Below, piece after piece: positions 1 to 7,937 of a DNA stretch of 32,000 bases. Numbering within the stretch: the first letter of the stretch is position 1; each line of letters begins with the position of its first letter. Made by a program: the position numbers and the translations under genes. The stretch comes from Nitrosopumilus ureiphilus (GTDB taxonomy: Archaea > Thermoproteota > Nitrososphaeria > Nitrososphaerales > Nitrosopumilaceae): positions 1,043,913 through 1,075,912 of the forward strand of contig NZ_CP026995.1 in the NCBI RefSeq assembly GCF_013407185.1. Reading direction: 5' to 3'. The notes below the pieces were generated by a model that was given only the letters and a program-made list of their open reading frames with translations, was not told where the DNA came from and made no database searches.

Positions 1-77
1 ACACAATCGCCCTTCCTTCTTGTTTCATTGTTGTATAATGTGACAAATAGATTTGCTAAAATGTTAGTTGCTGGCAT
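1..77 (-). CDS. rps8: 30S ribosomal protein S8, N-terminal 25 codons only (gene runs off the left edge)
   Basis: Manual minus-strand translation from ATG at 77-75 gives MPATNILANLFVTLYNNETRRKGDC, which fits the conserved archaeal uS8 N-terminus. It lies 6 nt downstream of S14, matching the conserved L5-S14-S8 order. Confidence 0.8.
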   Translation of the reverse strand, partial: MPATNILANLFVTLYNNETRRKGDC

Positions 78-83
78 GTTATA

Positions 84-263
84 TCACTTATTTTTCCTAA
101 ACCCTAAAGATGTTGCGACTTCTCTGAAGCATCGTCTGCATAACATTAAATCATATTTTTGAATAACAGCTGTATAATCTCCGCATCTTTTACACCATCG
201 TGAACCTCTTCCAAAGTCATGCTTTTTTCTTCCAGTGGTTTCGTATGATCTGTCTTTTGCCAT
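84..263 (-). CDS. rps14: 30S ribosomal protein S14 (zinc-binding type Z), 59 aa; absent from the ORF track
   Basis: Manual translation gives MAKDRSYETTGRKKHDFGRGSRWCKRCGDYTAVIQKYDLMLCRRCFREVATSLGFRKNK. It has CxxC...CxxC zinc-ribbon motifs. A TAATG stop/start overlap links it to L5 at 263, and the position between L5 and S8 is the conserved one. Confidence 0.9.
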   Translation of the reverse strand: MAKDRSYETTGRKKHDFGRGSRWCKRCGDYTAVIQKYDLMLCRRCFREVATSLGFRKNK

Positions 264-784
264 TATGTTACTGTCACTCCAAATTCTCTTACTAGATAAT
301 CCTTTGCTTCTTGACTGCTAATGATGTGTTTTTTTCCAACACTTGCTTTATGTTTACTTCTATTTCTAATTCCGTATCCTGGTCTTGTAAGTGTAATAGA
401 AATTCCTAAACCTAAAATTCCTATTTGTGGATCATATTTTACTCCTGGAATGTCTATGTGCTCTTTAATTCCAAATGAATAATTTCCAAAATTATCAAAT
501 GATTTTCCGTTAACTACATTTCCTTTTGCTTCTAGCAATCTTTTTAGTAATTCTTTTGCATCATTACCGCGAATTGTCACTGCTGCACCTATTGGTTCTC
601 CTTTTCTAACTCCCCAATCTCTTTGAGTTTCTTTTGCAGCTCTTGATGATGATCTTTTTCCTGATATTTGATCCAGTGCTTTTTTTGCAATATTGATTAC
701 ATCTCCTGATTTTCCAACTCCCATATTGAGAACTACTTTCTCAAGGGAGATTTTTTTCATTATTGATTCTGTTGTTTGAGACAT
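263..784 (-). CDS. rpl5: 50S ribosomal protein L5 (uL5)
   Basis: 173-aa ORF with a typical uL5 sequence (VVLNMGVG..., GNYSFGIKEHIDIPG). GTGATCA, complementary to the 16S rRNA 3' end, sits 2 nt before the ATG. Operon position fits. Confidence 0.95.
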   Translation of the reverse strand: MSQTTESIMKKISLEKVVLNMGVGKSGDVINIAKKALDQISGKRSSSRAAKETQRDWGVRKGEPIGAAVTIRGNDAKELLKRLLEAKGNVVNGKSFDNFGNYSFGIKEHIDIPGVKYDPQIGILGLGISITLTRPGYGIRNRSKHKASVGKKHIISSQEAKDYLVREFGVTVT

Positions 785-788
785 ATGA

Positions 789-1505
789 TCACTTTATTTG
801 AATAACTGGCTCTCCTTTACCAATTGACATTATGATGTCTGCTGGAATCTCGATTTTTCTGTCGTCAAGTGATAAGATGACTCTTTTTGGAAGAATGAAT
901 GTTCCTTCTTCTATCGTTTCAATCTTTCCTATTCGACCTGTATTGTTTCCACGTGTTACTAATCCTTGACTGCCTTCTTCTAATTTTATTATTTCAAGAA
1001 TTTTCACTTCTGGAATCTGAATTAAACAAGTATCTCCAACATTTACTTTGCTATCTAAAATAATTGAACGTCCATCATGGAATCCTATCTGTGTTTGTCC
1101 ATTGTTGATTGTAGTTTTGCTAGTAACTCTTACTAGTTTTTTTGATTTTTCTGATTCGTTAATCTTTATTGGTTGTAGTAATTTTTCTTCAGTTGGAACT
1201 AGACGATAAATGTCAGAAACATTTTCCAATTCAACTACATCCATCAATCCAATTGCATGATGAAGTGATTTTCTTACAACTCCGTCAACTTTTACTTTTC
1301 CAGAATAAATTGAAGTTTTTGCTTCTCTAAGACTTGTTACTATCTTTAACATGTCTCTTAGAAATACTGCCGTTGGAACAGCATGACTTTTTTTATGTGG
1401 GCCTGGTTTTACAGTAATTACAAATCTTTTATTTTTTCTATTAATTCCCCAAAATTGTGGGGCCATTTGACGTTTGAGTTTTTTACTACCTGCTATGCTT
1501 ACCAT
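789..1505 (-). CDS. rps4e: 30S ribosomal protein S4e (eS4)
   Basis: 238-aa ORF with an eS4-like N-terminus (MAPQFWGINRKNKRFVITVKPGPH) followed by a KOW-like region. It sits between L24 and L5 as in other archaea. Confidence 0.95.
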   Translation of the reverse strand: MVSIAGSKKLKRQMAPQFWGINRKNKRFVITVKPGPHKKSHAVPTAVFLRDMLKIVTSLREAKTSIYSGKVKVDGVVRKSLHHAIGLMDVVELENVSDIYRLVPTEEKLLQPIKINESEKSKKLVRVTSKTTINNGQTQIGFHDGRSIILDSKVNVGDTCLIQIPEVKILEIIKLEEGSQGLVTRGNNTGRIGKIETIEEGTFILPKRVILSLDDRKIEIPADIIMSIGKGEPVIQIK

Positions 1506-1945
1506 TAATTCTCATCTTCCTTTTTTTCAATTTTTTCTGTCACTTTTGTTTCTTTAGGCTCTTCTTTTACAGGTGTTTCTTTAGGCTGTTTACTGGGATT
1601 CTTGCCCTCAAGTTTTGAAATTCTCCACTTGTCATCAGTACTAAGTGAAGTTACTAAAAGATTAGATGTATGAATGTAGACATCGAATTTATCCCCTTTT
1701 GTCTTTTCTTTTTTTACTCCTTCAATTGCAACACTGCTTTTTTGAGTAGATACTTTGGATATTTTTCCTTCAACTCCTTTGAATTCTCCTCTAAGTATAG
1801 TTACACTATCACCTTCAATTGCGCGGACACTTCTTTTTCCATATTTTTTGCGAAGATCTTTTGATAGCGCACTTCCAAGTTGCTTACTTCTAGTTTGGAA
1901 TGTTGCACGATAAATCATATTGTTGCGCATTTTTGTTGGTTTCAT
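1505..1945 (-). CDS. rpl24: 50S ribosomal protein L24 (uL24) with a K/E/P-rich C-terminal tail
   Basis: 146-aa ORF with KOW motif [21 protein letters not shown]. It shares nt 1505 with the S4e start. The tail is [31 protein letters not shown]. Confidence 0.9.
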   Translation of the reverse strand: MKPTKMRNNMIYRATFQTRSKQLGSALSKDLRKKYGKRSVRAIEGDSVTILRGEFKGVEGKISKVSTQKSSVAIEGVKKEKTKGDKFDVYIHTSNLLVTSLSTDDKWRISKLEGKNPSKQPKETPVKEEPKETKVTEKIEKKEDEN

Positions 1946-1949
1946 TTTC

Positions 1950-2372
1950 TTATACCACCATTGATGCCAAGTTAGCTACTCTTGGCCATTTCTCTGAAGC
2001 TTCTGCTGCTACTGGTCCTTTGATGTCTGTTCCTTTTGTTTCTCCTTCAGGAGTAATCAGCACGGCTGCGTTATCTTCAAAACAAACTCTTACACCGTTT
2101 AATCTACGAACTGCATATTTTTGTCTAACAATCACTGCACCATAGACTTGTTTTCTTAATTCTGCGGGTCCTTTCTTTACTACTACGTTACAAAAATCTC
2201 CTACTGCTGCAGCAGGTAGTCTTGATACTCTTGTCTTGTGTCTTGGAACATTGATAATTTCTAAAATTTTAGCACCAGAGTTATCTGCACATACAATATT
2301 TGCACCTACAGGAATTGAACGAGTAACATATGGGCGGAACTCTTCTACTCCTTTACCTGCCTGTTTTGCCAT
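1950..2372 (-). CDS. rpl14: 50S ribosomal protein L14 (uL14)
   Basis: 140-aa ORF with [20 protein letters not shown] and other uL14 features. Its start shares nt 2372 with the S17 stop. Confidence 0.95.
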   Translation of the reverse strand: MAKQAGKGVEEFRPYVTRSIPVGANIVCADNSGAKILEIINVPRHKTRVSRLPAAAVGDFCNVVVKKGPAELRKQVYGAVIVRQKYAVRRLNGVRVCFEDNAAVLITPEGETKGTDIKGPVAAEASEKWPRVANLASMVV

Positions 2373-2695
2373 TATGCTTTAACCTCTACTACAACATATG
2401 ATACTGATTTTGAGATGGGTCTGCATTCTGCAGTCAAAACATGATTTCCTGTTTCAACATCAATACATTCTGGAACATGTGCATGAATAGTACTTGTTCC
2501 TCTTGCATATCTCTTAAATTTACTAAAGTAAATTGGTGCATCTTTTTGTAATGTGATTGTCTGTTTTGCTTTACTTCCAGTTACTTTACCATCAAAGAGT
2601 TTTCCCCTAATCGATAAATTTCCGTGGAATGGACAATGCTTGTCAGTGCATTGTTCTTTTGGTTCTTTTATTTTTAATCCTATATTGCGTGTCAT
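2372..2695 (-). CDS. rps17: 30S ribosomal protein S17 (uS17)
   Basis: 107-aa ORF with a CTDKHCPFHGNLSIRG N-terminus and an OB-fold-like remainder. Operon position fits. Confidence 0.9.
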   Translation of the reverse strand: MTRNIGLKIKEPKEQCTDKHCPFHGNLSIRGKLFDGKVTGSKAKQTITLQKDAPIYFSKFKRYARGTSTIHAHVPECIDVETGNHVLTAECRPISKSVSYVVVEVKA

Positions 2696-2958
2696 ACTTT
2701 TACTCCTAATCTGTCAAATGGTCTTTTTGCAATTTTGGATCCTTCAACAATCACATCATTGTTCTCAATTGAGAATTTCCAACTGTTTGTAGATTTTGCA
2801 ATTAATTTAGATCCATTTTCTGTATTTATTGTAAACATCGATTTTGTTTCATTTATGATTCTTCCATTTAATCCTATAACTTGAGGATTGGTAGATTTGA
2901 CTATCTCTGTGTTCAATCCTATGAATTCATGTGATGTGATGTTGTCTGCTGTAATCAT
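2692..2958 (-). CDS. rnp1: RNase P protein component 1 (Rpp29/Pop4 homologue)
   Basis: 88-aa ORF. The pattern EFIGLNTEIVKSTNPQVIGLNGRIINETKSMFTI...KRPFDRL matches the Rpp29 Sm-like fold signature. It occupies the conserved archaeal slot between L29 and S17, with 4-nt overlaps on both sides. Confidence 0.75.
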   Translation of the reverse strand: MITADNITSHEFIGLNTEIVKSTNPQVIGLNGRIINETKSMFTINTENGSKLIAKSTNSWKFSIENNDVIVEGSKIAKRPFDRLGVKV

Positions 2959-3161
2959 TTCTGTTTCTTCATCTCGTTTATTCTAGTTAGCATTCTTGCG
3001 ATGTCATGACGTAGTGGTTTTAGTTTACCGCTTTCTTTTCTTAGTGTACCTTTAGAAGCGTCGACTCTGAGTTTTGCAAGTTCACTGCGTGCCTCTTGAA
3101 TCTTACTTTTAAGATCTTTTTCATTTAGTTGATTAATTGTTTTCATGCTTATTCTGGTCAT
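2955..3161 (-). CDS. rpl29: 50S ribosomal protein L29 (uL29)
   Basis: 68-aa helical ORF ([24 protein letters not shown]) between S3 and Rpp29, with an ATGA-type overlap. Confidence 0.85.
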   Translation of the reverse strand: MTRISMKTINQLNEKDLKSKIQEARSELAKLRVDASKGTLRKESGKLKPLRHDIARMLTRINEMKKQK

Positions 3162-3913
3162 TTTAATCTGTCCTCTTCTTCTTCTAATGTTTCAAGTTCT
3201 TTCATTCTTTCTTCTTCAAGTGCAATTTGTTCTGATTCTGTTCTTGCTTTTGTTTCTGCTGCAGTCTCATCTCTCATCTTTCCTGTTCCTTCATCTTTGA
3301 TTTGTTTTGTTTTCATAGCTTTTTCAGTTTTCATTTCAAATTCTGGAATGAGTTTAGCTTTATTGGCAATTCTTATTCTAATTCCAATTAGTCCCATCGC
3401 TGTTTTCACATGTGCAATGTCTTCTGCAACAATGACTTCTGCATGGTGGCCTGCTCTGGGCAATATTCCTGCTGTGTGTTTTTCAAATGCAGAACGATCG
3501 CCTCTGAGTTTGCCTGAGATAGTAATTTGGACTCCCATTGCGCCATTTTCCATAATTTGTTTTAATGTCCACATTGTTGCTCTTCTAAAAGCAGTTCCTC
3601 TTTCTAGATGGGCTGCCATTCTATTACACATTACACTTGGAGCTAATTCTGGTTTTTCAATTTCCACTACTGAAATTTGTGGATTTTTTAATCCAAAGTC
3701 TGATGCAAGTTTGTCTGTAAGTGCTCTGATTCCAGAACCTTTTCTTCCAATAACGATGCCTGGTCTAGTAACATGTAGTGCAACTCTTGTTCCTACGGGG
3801 GTCTTTGAAATTTCTGCATGTGAAAATCCTGCATCTTTAATTGCTTCTCTAAGATAATCTTTGAGAAGCATCATGTTGTAGTTATCTTTGATTACATTTT
3901 TGACTGCTGACAT
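3158..3913 (-). CDS. rps3: 30S ribosomal protein S3 (uS3) with a long E/K-rich C-terminal tail
   Basis: 251-aa ORF with KH domain [25 protein letters not shown]. About 60 C-terminal residues are acidic/basic low complexity. Confidence 0.95.
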   Translation of the reverse strand: MSAVKNVIKDNYNMMLLKDYLREAIKDAGFSHAEISKTPVGTRVALHVTRPGIVIGRKGSGIRALTDKLASDFGLKNPQISVVEIEKPELAPSVMCNRMAAHLERGTAFRRATMWTLKQIMENGAMGVQITISGKLRGDRSAFEKHTAGILPRAGHHAEVIVAEDIAHVKTAMGLIGIRIRIANKAKLIPEFEMKTEKAMKTKQIKDEGTGKMRDETAAETKARTESEQIALEEERMKELETLEEEEDRLK

Positions 3914-3915
3914 AT

Positions 3916-4383
3916 CTAAATCTCCTGTGCCACCAATTCTACATGAGTTAATACATTGTTTTTGGGAGTTGCTCTTCCCATAGCTCTTGGGATGAATCTT
4001 TTTACAATAACTCCTTTGTGAACAGTGGCATTTACTATTCTTAATCTATCTAAATCCATTCCTTTGTATTCTGCATTTGATTCTAAATTATCTAAAACTT
4101 TGATGAATTCTTTTGCTGTTTTTTGTGGATAACGTCCTGCCATCATTCCAGGATCTGCTTTATGTCCAACTTGATTTTTATATCTTCTAAATGCGACAGC
4201 TCTTTTTTTGCTAATTACTGCAAGAAGATAGTCTCTTGCTTTTTCAATTGACAATCCTTTGATAGAAACAGCTACTTCACGTGCATGTTTGTGTGAGATA
4301 TCTTTTTCTCTTAATGATGAACGCACATGTTTTGTTGCATCATATTTTTGGAAAGCATAATTGAATCTACCCATAATGATCAC
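3916..4383 (-). CDS. rpl22: 50S ribosomal protein L22 (uL22); true start probably the ATG at 4374
   Basis: 155-aa ORF with uL22/L17e-like sequence. The track start is a GTG at 4383 that is itself part of GTGATCA (an SD-like match to the 16S 3' end) 3 nt before the ATG at 4374. Confidence 0.9.
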   Translation of the reverse strand: MIIMGRFNYAFQKYDATKHVRSSLREKDISHKHAREVAVSIKGLSIEKARDYLLAVISKKRAVAFRRYKNQVGHKADPGMMAGRYPQKTAKEFIKVLDNLESNAEYKGMDLDRLRIVNATVHKGVIVKRFIPRAMGRATPKNNVLTHVELVAQEI

Positions 4384-4775
4384 TTTAGTGGCACGTAGAG
4401 ACTGGATCTTGATGCACCCACACCTGGGGCACCGTGTGAAACTCTCTTATTTGTTATTACATATTCTCCTAAATAATGTCCAATCATTTCTGATGTAATA
4501 CTTACTGGACGAAATTCTTTTCCTGAAAATACATTTACTGTAACGCCTACCATGTATGGCAAAACAATCAAATCTCTAACGTGAGTTTTGATAGGATTTT
4601 TTACTTTACCTGCTTTTGCAGCTTTAATTTCTTCAATCAATTTTCTCTTTCCATCAGTAATTCCTCTTGTGAGGGATCTTCTTTGTCTAGAGTTGAATAG
4701 CAAGAATAATTTTTCTAAGGACAAACTGTCAAGCTCCTCTTTTGGAATACCTCTGTATAGAAATTCTTTAACCAT
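4380..4775 (-). CDS. rps19: 30S ribosomal protein S19 (uS19)
   Basis: 131-aa ORF with GHYLGEYVITNKRVSHGAPGVGASRSS. A GAGGAG SD-like element lies upstream. Confidence 0.95.
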   Translation of the reverse strand: MVKEFLYRGIPKEELDSLSLEKLFLLFNSRQRRSLTRGITDGKRKLIEEIKAAKAGKVKNPIKTHVRDLIVLPYMVGVTVNVFSGKEFRPVSITSEMIGHYLGEYVITNKRVSHGAPGVGASRSSLYVPLK

Positions 4776-4819
4776 TCTTCTTCTCCTCTGTTAATGTACT
4801 TCGAGTTTTATGGTCCATA

Positions 4820-5086
4820 TTATAGCATTCCTATCTTTGTTGCCAAATCTCTGGCTTTTGCAGTATTTTCAAATTGAACAAATGCTTTTTTACCATAAAT
4901 TGTTCTTGCAGTGTTTACGTTAGTGACATTTTCTTTGTAAAGTGCTTTTACAGCTTCGGCAATTTCGGGTTTACTTGCTGATCGTTCTACGATAAAGCAA
5001 ATTTTACTTTCATTTTCTACCATTGCAAATGTTTTTTCTGTAATGTATGGTTTGAGAATAATTTTGTTTGCTTGATCTACATTCAT
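4820..5086 (-). CDS. rpl23: 50S ribosomal protein L23 (uL23)
   Basis: 88-aa ORF (ILKPYITEKTFAMVENESKICFIV...) with a 4-nt overlap with L4. Confidence 0.9.
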   Translation of the reverse strand: MNVDQANKIILKPYITEKTFAMVENESKICFIVERSASKPEIAEAVKALYKENVTNVNTARTIYGKKAFVQFENTAKARDLATKIGML

Positions 5087-5895
5087 TGTGTTTTCACCAT
5101 AACCTCGAGATGAGTTGATTTGATTTTTCCAATTTCCTCAATTGCGGATTTGGAATATACAGTTAATCTAATTGGATCTGAACCTGGTGCTAAATCTAAT
5201 ACACTCAAATCTTTAACACTTTTTGCTTCTACTCCAGGTAATGCTCCTATTGCTTTTTTAATCTTTGAATCATCTTTGATAACAAACAAAACACTCTTTC
5301 CAATTTTTTTACTTCTTCCTCTGAGTCTTGATTGACCGGAACGTGGTTTTCTTGCTTTTAATCTTTCAACGTCCTGTGTTAGTTTTAGCGCATCCAGTAC
5401 TTTGGTGATTTCATTTGTTTTTGAAATTGATTCAATGTCATCTGATACGATAATTGGGAATGATTCAATGCCTTCTATTTTGTGACCTCGTAGCTCTACA
5501 AGTTCTTTTGACGCTGTTGCTGCAATTGCAGAACATAGTGCCAATTTGTTTTCCTTTTTGTTTAATTTTTTGTAAATTACTTTACCTACAATTGGTGGGT
5601 GTGCTTGCCTTCCGCCTCTAGTAGATGCAACTTCTGCACCTTGACCTTGTCTTCCGCCACCACCGCCAGTACTTCTTGCAACACGTGAAACACCTTGACC
5701 TGTTGGAGGATCATTGGAATCTGCAACTACATCTTGACCTGCAGATGGATGTCTTCCTTGTGGTTGGAATTTATGAGAAGTTAAATTAGTGAAAGCTTTG
5801 TGGATCAATTCTCGTCTAAATGGAGTTGAAAACACTAGTGGCAGTTCTACTTCTTTATCTTTTGTTCCAGTTGTAGTATATGCTGTTGTTTTCAT
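5083..5895 (-). CDS. rpl4: 50S ribosomal protein L4 (uL4)
   Basis: 270-aa ORF with a Gly/Arg-rich loop (STGGGGGRQGQGAEVASTRGGRQAHPP) typical of archaeal uL4. It shares nt 5895 with the L3 stop. Confidence 0.9.
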   Translation of the reverse strand: MKTTAYTTTGTKDKEVELPLVFSTPFRRELIHKAFTNLTSHKFQPQGRHPSAGQDVVADSNDPPTGQGVSRVARSTGGGGGRQGQGAEVASTRGGRQAHPPIVGKVIYKKLNKKENKLALCSAIAATASKELVELRGHKIEGIESFPIIVSDDIESISKTNEITKVLDALKLTQDVERLKARKPRSGQSRLRGRSKKIGKSVLFVIKDDSKIKKAIGALPGVEAKSVKDLSVLDLAPGSDPIRLTVYSKSAIEEIGKIKSTHLEVMVKTQ

Positions 5896-6887
5896 TAGAT
5901 TACTACCTCCAAAATGTTTGGTTTGTTGATTTTAGTTGGAACGTTTCTGATTTGACTTCTTAGTTTGATTAATCTTCTATATGTTCCCGGAACTGATCCT
6001 TTTAGGATGATGAAATCTCCTTTTACCAATCCAAAGTGTTTGTATCCTCCATCTGGATTGATTTTAATTTGTTCATCATCTGTGTTTCCCATAATCATAA
6101 TTCGTTTATCATATTCTATTCTTTGATGGAATCCCATTTGTCCTGCTCTTGGTACTGTATACATGACACTTTGTGGAGAAATTGGACCGAGTGAACCCAC
6201 TTCTCTAACTGTTTTTCTTGATTTATGTTGTTTCTTTTTTACTCCCCATCTTTGAATTACACCTTGCCATCCTTTGCCTTTAGTAATTGCAGCAACATCT
6301 ACACTTGCACCTGTTTCAAAAATTTGATCAATCTTAATTTCTTTTCCAAGTAGTTCTTTAACATGAGCAAATTGTTTTTGTATGTCTCCTCCACTAACCG
6401 AAGCTTCAAAAATGTAAGGTTTTTTCTGTTCCAATCCTGCTGCACGAGGCGAAACTGCAACTATTGCAAAAATTTCTTTTATTCTTCGAAGGGATTTCTC
6501 TGCATTCTCTAATGCACCCTCTTTGTTTTTTACTGTAATTTCTTTTGATATGTATTTTGGAATATCATCTGCATATACATCAAATTCTGCATGCATTCCA
6601 TCATGATCTTTTGAATACCCTCTAATTCCTAAAATCAATACTGGAGGGGTAACTAGGACTGTTCCAAGACTTACGAGTTGTTTTCCTGCATTTGGAACTT
6701 TTTCTCTATCGTCAATACTTACTATCTGAACACACCCTGCCTTGAAACCACAATGAGCTAAAATCTTTGGCTCTTCTGAATTTAATTTTGGCCATGCTCT
6801 AATGCGTGCCTCCATACTTTTTGCACGTACTCTTGGTGAATATGCAAGACTTCCTCTACGTGGCTGATGGTTTTTTCTAGCGCCCAT
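5895..6887 (-). CDS. rpl3: 50S ribosomal protein L3 (uL3), first gene of the operon
   Basis: 330-aa ORF with MGARKNHQPRRGSLAYSPRVRA... and FKGKGWQGV-like features (TKGKGWQGVIQRWGVKK). Confidence 0.95.
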   Translation of the reverse strand: MGARKNHQPRRGSLAYSPRVRAKSMEARIRAWPKLNSEEPKILAHCGFKAGCVQIVSIDDREKVPNAGKQLVSLGTVLVTPPVLILGIRGYSKDHDGMHAEFDVYADDIPKYISKEITVKNKEGALENAEKSLRRIKEIFAIVAVSPRAAGLEQKKPYIFEASVSGGDIQKQFAHVKELLGKEIKIDQIFETGASVDVAAITKGKGWQGVIQRWGVKKKQHKSRKTVREVGSLGPISPQSVMYTVPRAGQMGFHQRIEYDKRIMIMGNTDDEQIKINPDGGYKHFGLVKGDFIILKGSVPGTYRRLIKLRSQIRNVPTKINKPNILEVVI

Positions 6888-6912
6888 GGATAAAACGCGT
6901 CTCGATTTCCCT

Positions 6913-6920
6913 CTATTAAA
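6913..6920 (-). promoter_or_regulatory. TATA-like box (TTTAATAG on the minus strand) of the rpl3 operon
   Basis: A/T octamer centred about 29 nt upstream of the rpl3 ATG. The same geometry occurs at psmA, bioB, thrC and the HMG-CoA synthase gene, implying a leaderless or very short-leader mRNA. Confidence 0.45.
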
Positions 6921-6934
6921 CCATGTGAGACATC

Positions 6935-6965
6935 GTTAACCATGAAAAAAATAGTGGTTAACCAT
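6935..6965. promoter_or_regulatory. Two direct copies of GTTAACCAT (6935-6943 and 6957-6965), 22-bp period, upstream of the rpl3 TATA box
   Basis: Read directly: cGTTAACCATgaaaaaaatagtgGTTAACCATa. The core GTTAAC is palindromic. The proximal copy starts 15 nt beyond the TATA box. Confidence 0.3.
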
Positions 6966-6979
6966 ATGAGCCTAAATTG

Positions 6980-7090
6980 TTATGGCTTTAACAAATCTGA
7001 TGCCATGTTCCAAATTGTTATTCCGCCAATAATAATTCCTGCAATTCCTAGCGCAATAGCAAATAAAAGAAAATTTTTTCTTTCTGGCAT
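6980..7090 (-). CDS. Possible 36-aa single-pass membrane micro-protein, translationally coupled to the SPOUT gene
   Basis: Manual translation gives MPERKNFLLFAIALGIAGIIIGGITIWNMASDLLKP. The ATG lies 1 nt after the stop of ORF 7092..7904. It has one hydrophobic helix and no recognised homology. Confidence 0.3.
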   Translation of the reverse strand: MPERKNFLLFAIALGIAGIIIGGITIWNMASDLLKP

Positions 7091-7091
7091 A

Positions 7092-7904
7092 TTATGATGT
7101 ACTTTGCGCATTAATTATTGCCAATGTCCCAAGTAATGCTTCCTCCAACCGTACCGTTTCAGTAGCTTGATTGGGAAAAAAGTTCAATGATTTTGCATTT
7201 TGAACATTTTTCATTTTGCCTCCCAGGATTTCATGAATACCTTTTTCTGGAGATCCAAAAACTATGAGTGTAGGCTGATCTGATTTGACATATTTGGAAA
7301 TTTGTTCTTTTGTTGCTGTTTTACCTTTTCTGGATGTAATGATTATGCTTCCTTTCCATTCTGCCAATACTGAAAATAAATTTGCTCTCTCTTTTACAGA
7401 GTATCCCCAATAGGACTGAACCTCACTTTTGTCTATCTCTTTTACAGATAATTTTGGATAACCTTCTTTGAATTGCACTGTGACTCTTTTACCAATCGAT
7501 GTCTTACCAAAAAATGGAATTAATTGATTTATCCCTACGTCTACAAATCGTTTACCTTTCACACTGATTACAATCCCTTCTCGTACATCTCCAGGATTGA
7601 TCTTTTTAGCATTCACTGGAGTAATGTGGCTTGGAATTTTAAGTGGTTGTAGAACACCTGCAAATTTTAGATCATTCATTTTTGGAAACAATCGTCTTCT
7701 CAAAAATTGCGGCGTCTCTAAATATTTTAAAATCATTACCATTAGACTTCCGTCTGTCCTGTTGTTACCTTCTTGGTAAACATATATTGTATCAATTTTA
7801 AAAATTGCACAAGCTCTTGCTAGAACTGAAATTTTTCTTGTTTTGTCTATCTTAAGTGATTCATCAGATAATGCCGATTCTGGAATGGCAACAGATAATT
7901 TCAA
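7092..7904 (-). CDS. SPOUT-superfamily putative RNA methyltransferase (COG2106 / DUF171, C9orf114-like)
   Basis: 270-aa ORF. The N-terminus MKLSVAIPESALSDESLKIDKTRKISVLARACAIFKIDTIYVY and the C-terminal LIVFGSPEKG...TETVRLEEAL are typical of this family as I remember it. The family is often found upstream of rpl3 in archaea. Confidence 0.65.
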   Translation of the reverse strand: MKLSVAIPESALSDESLKIDKTRKISVLARACAIFKIDTIYVYQEGNNRTDGSLMVMILKYLETPQFLRRRLFPKMNDLKFAGVLQPLKIPSHITPVNAKKINPGDVREGIVISVKGKRFVDVGINQLIPFFGKTSIGKRVTVQFKEGYPKLSVKEIDKSEVQSYWGYSVKERANLFSVLAEWKGSIIITSRKGKTATKEQISKYVKSDQPTLIVFGSPEKGIHEILGGKMKNVQNAKSLNFFPNQATETVRLEEALLGTLAIINAQSTS

Positions 7905-7937
7905 TGTAATTTAATCTCCCAGGCCCACTTTATGTGA

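Noticed and set aside
1670-2792. Plus-strand ORFs 1670..1864, 1900..2145 and 2553..2792
   Set aside because: All are antisense shadows of rpl24, rpl14, rps17 and rnp1, with hydrophobic or low-complexity translations and no independent signals.
3129-3857. 242-aa plus-strand ORF, the longest unassigned ORF in the track
   Set aside because: It lies entirely antisense to rps3. Its Ser/Ile/Phe-rich low-complexity translation is typical of a shadow ORF opposite a highly expressed AT-rich gene, and it has no start context.
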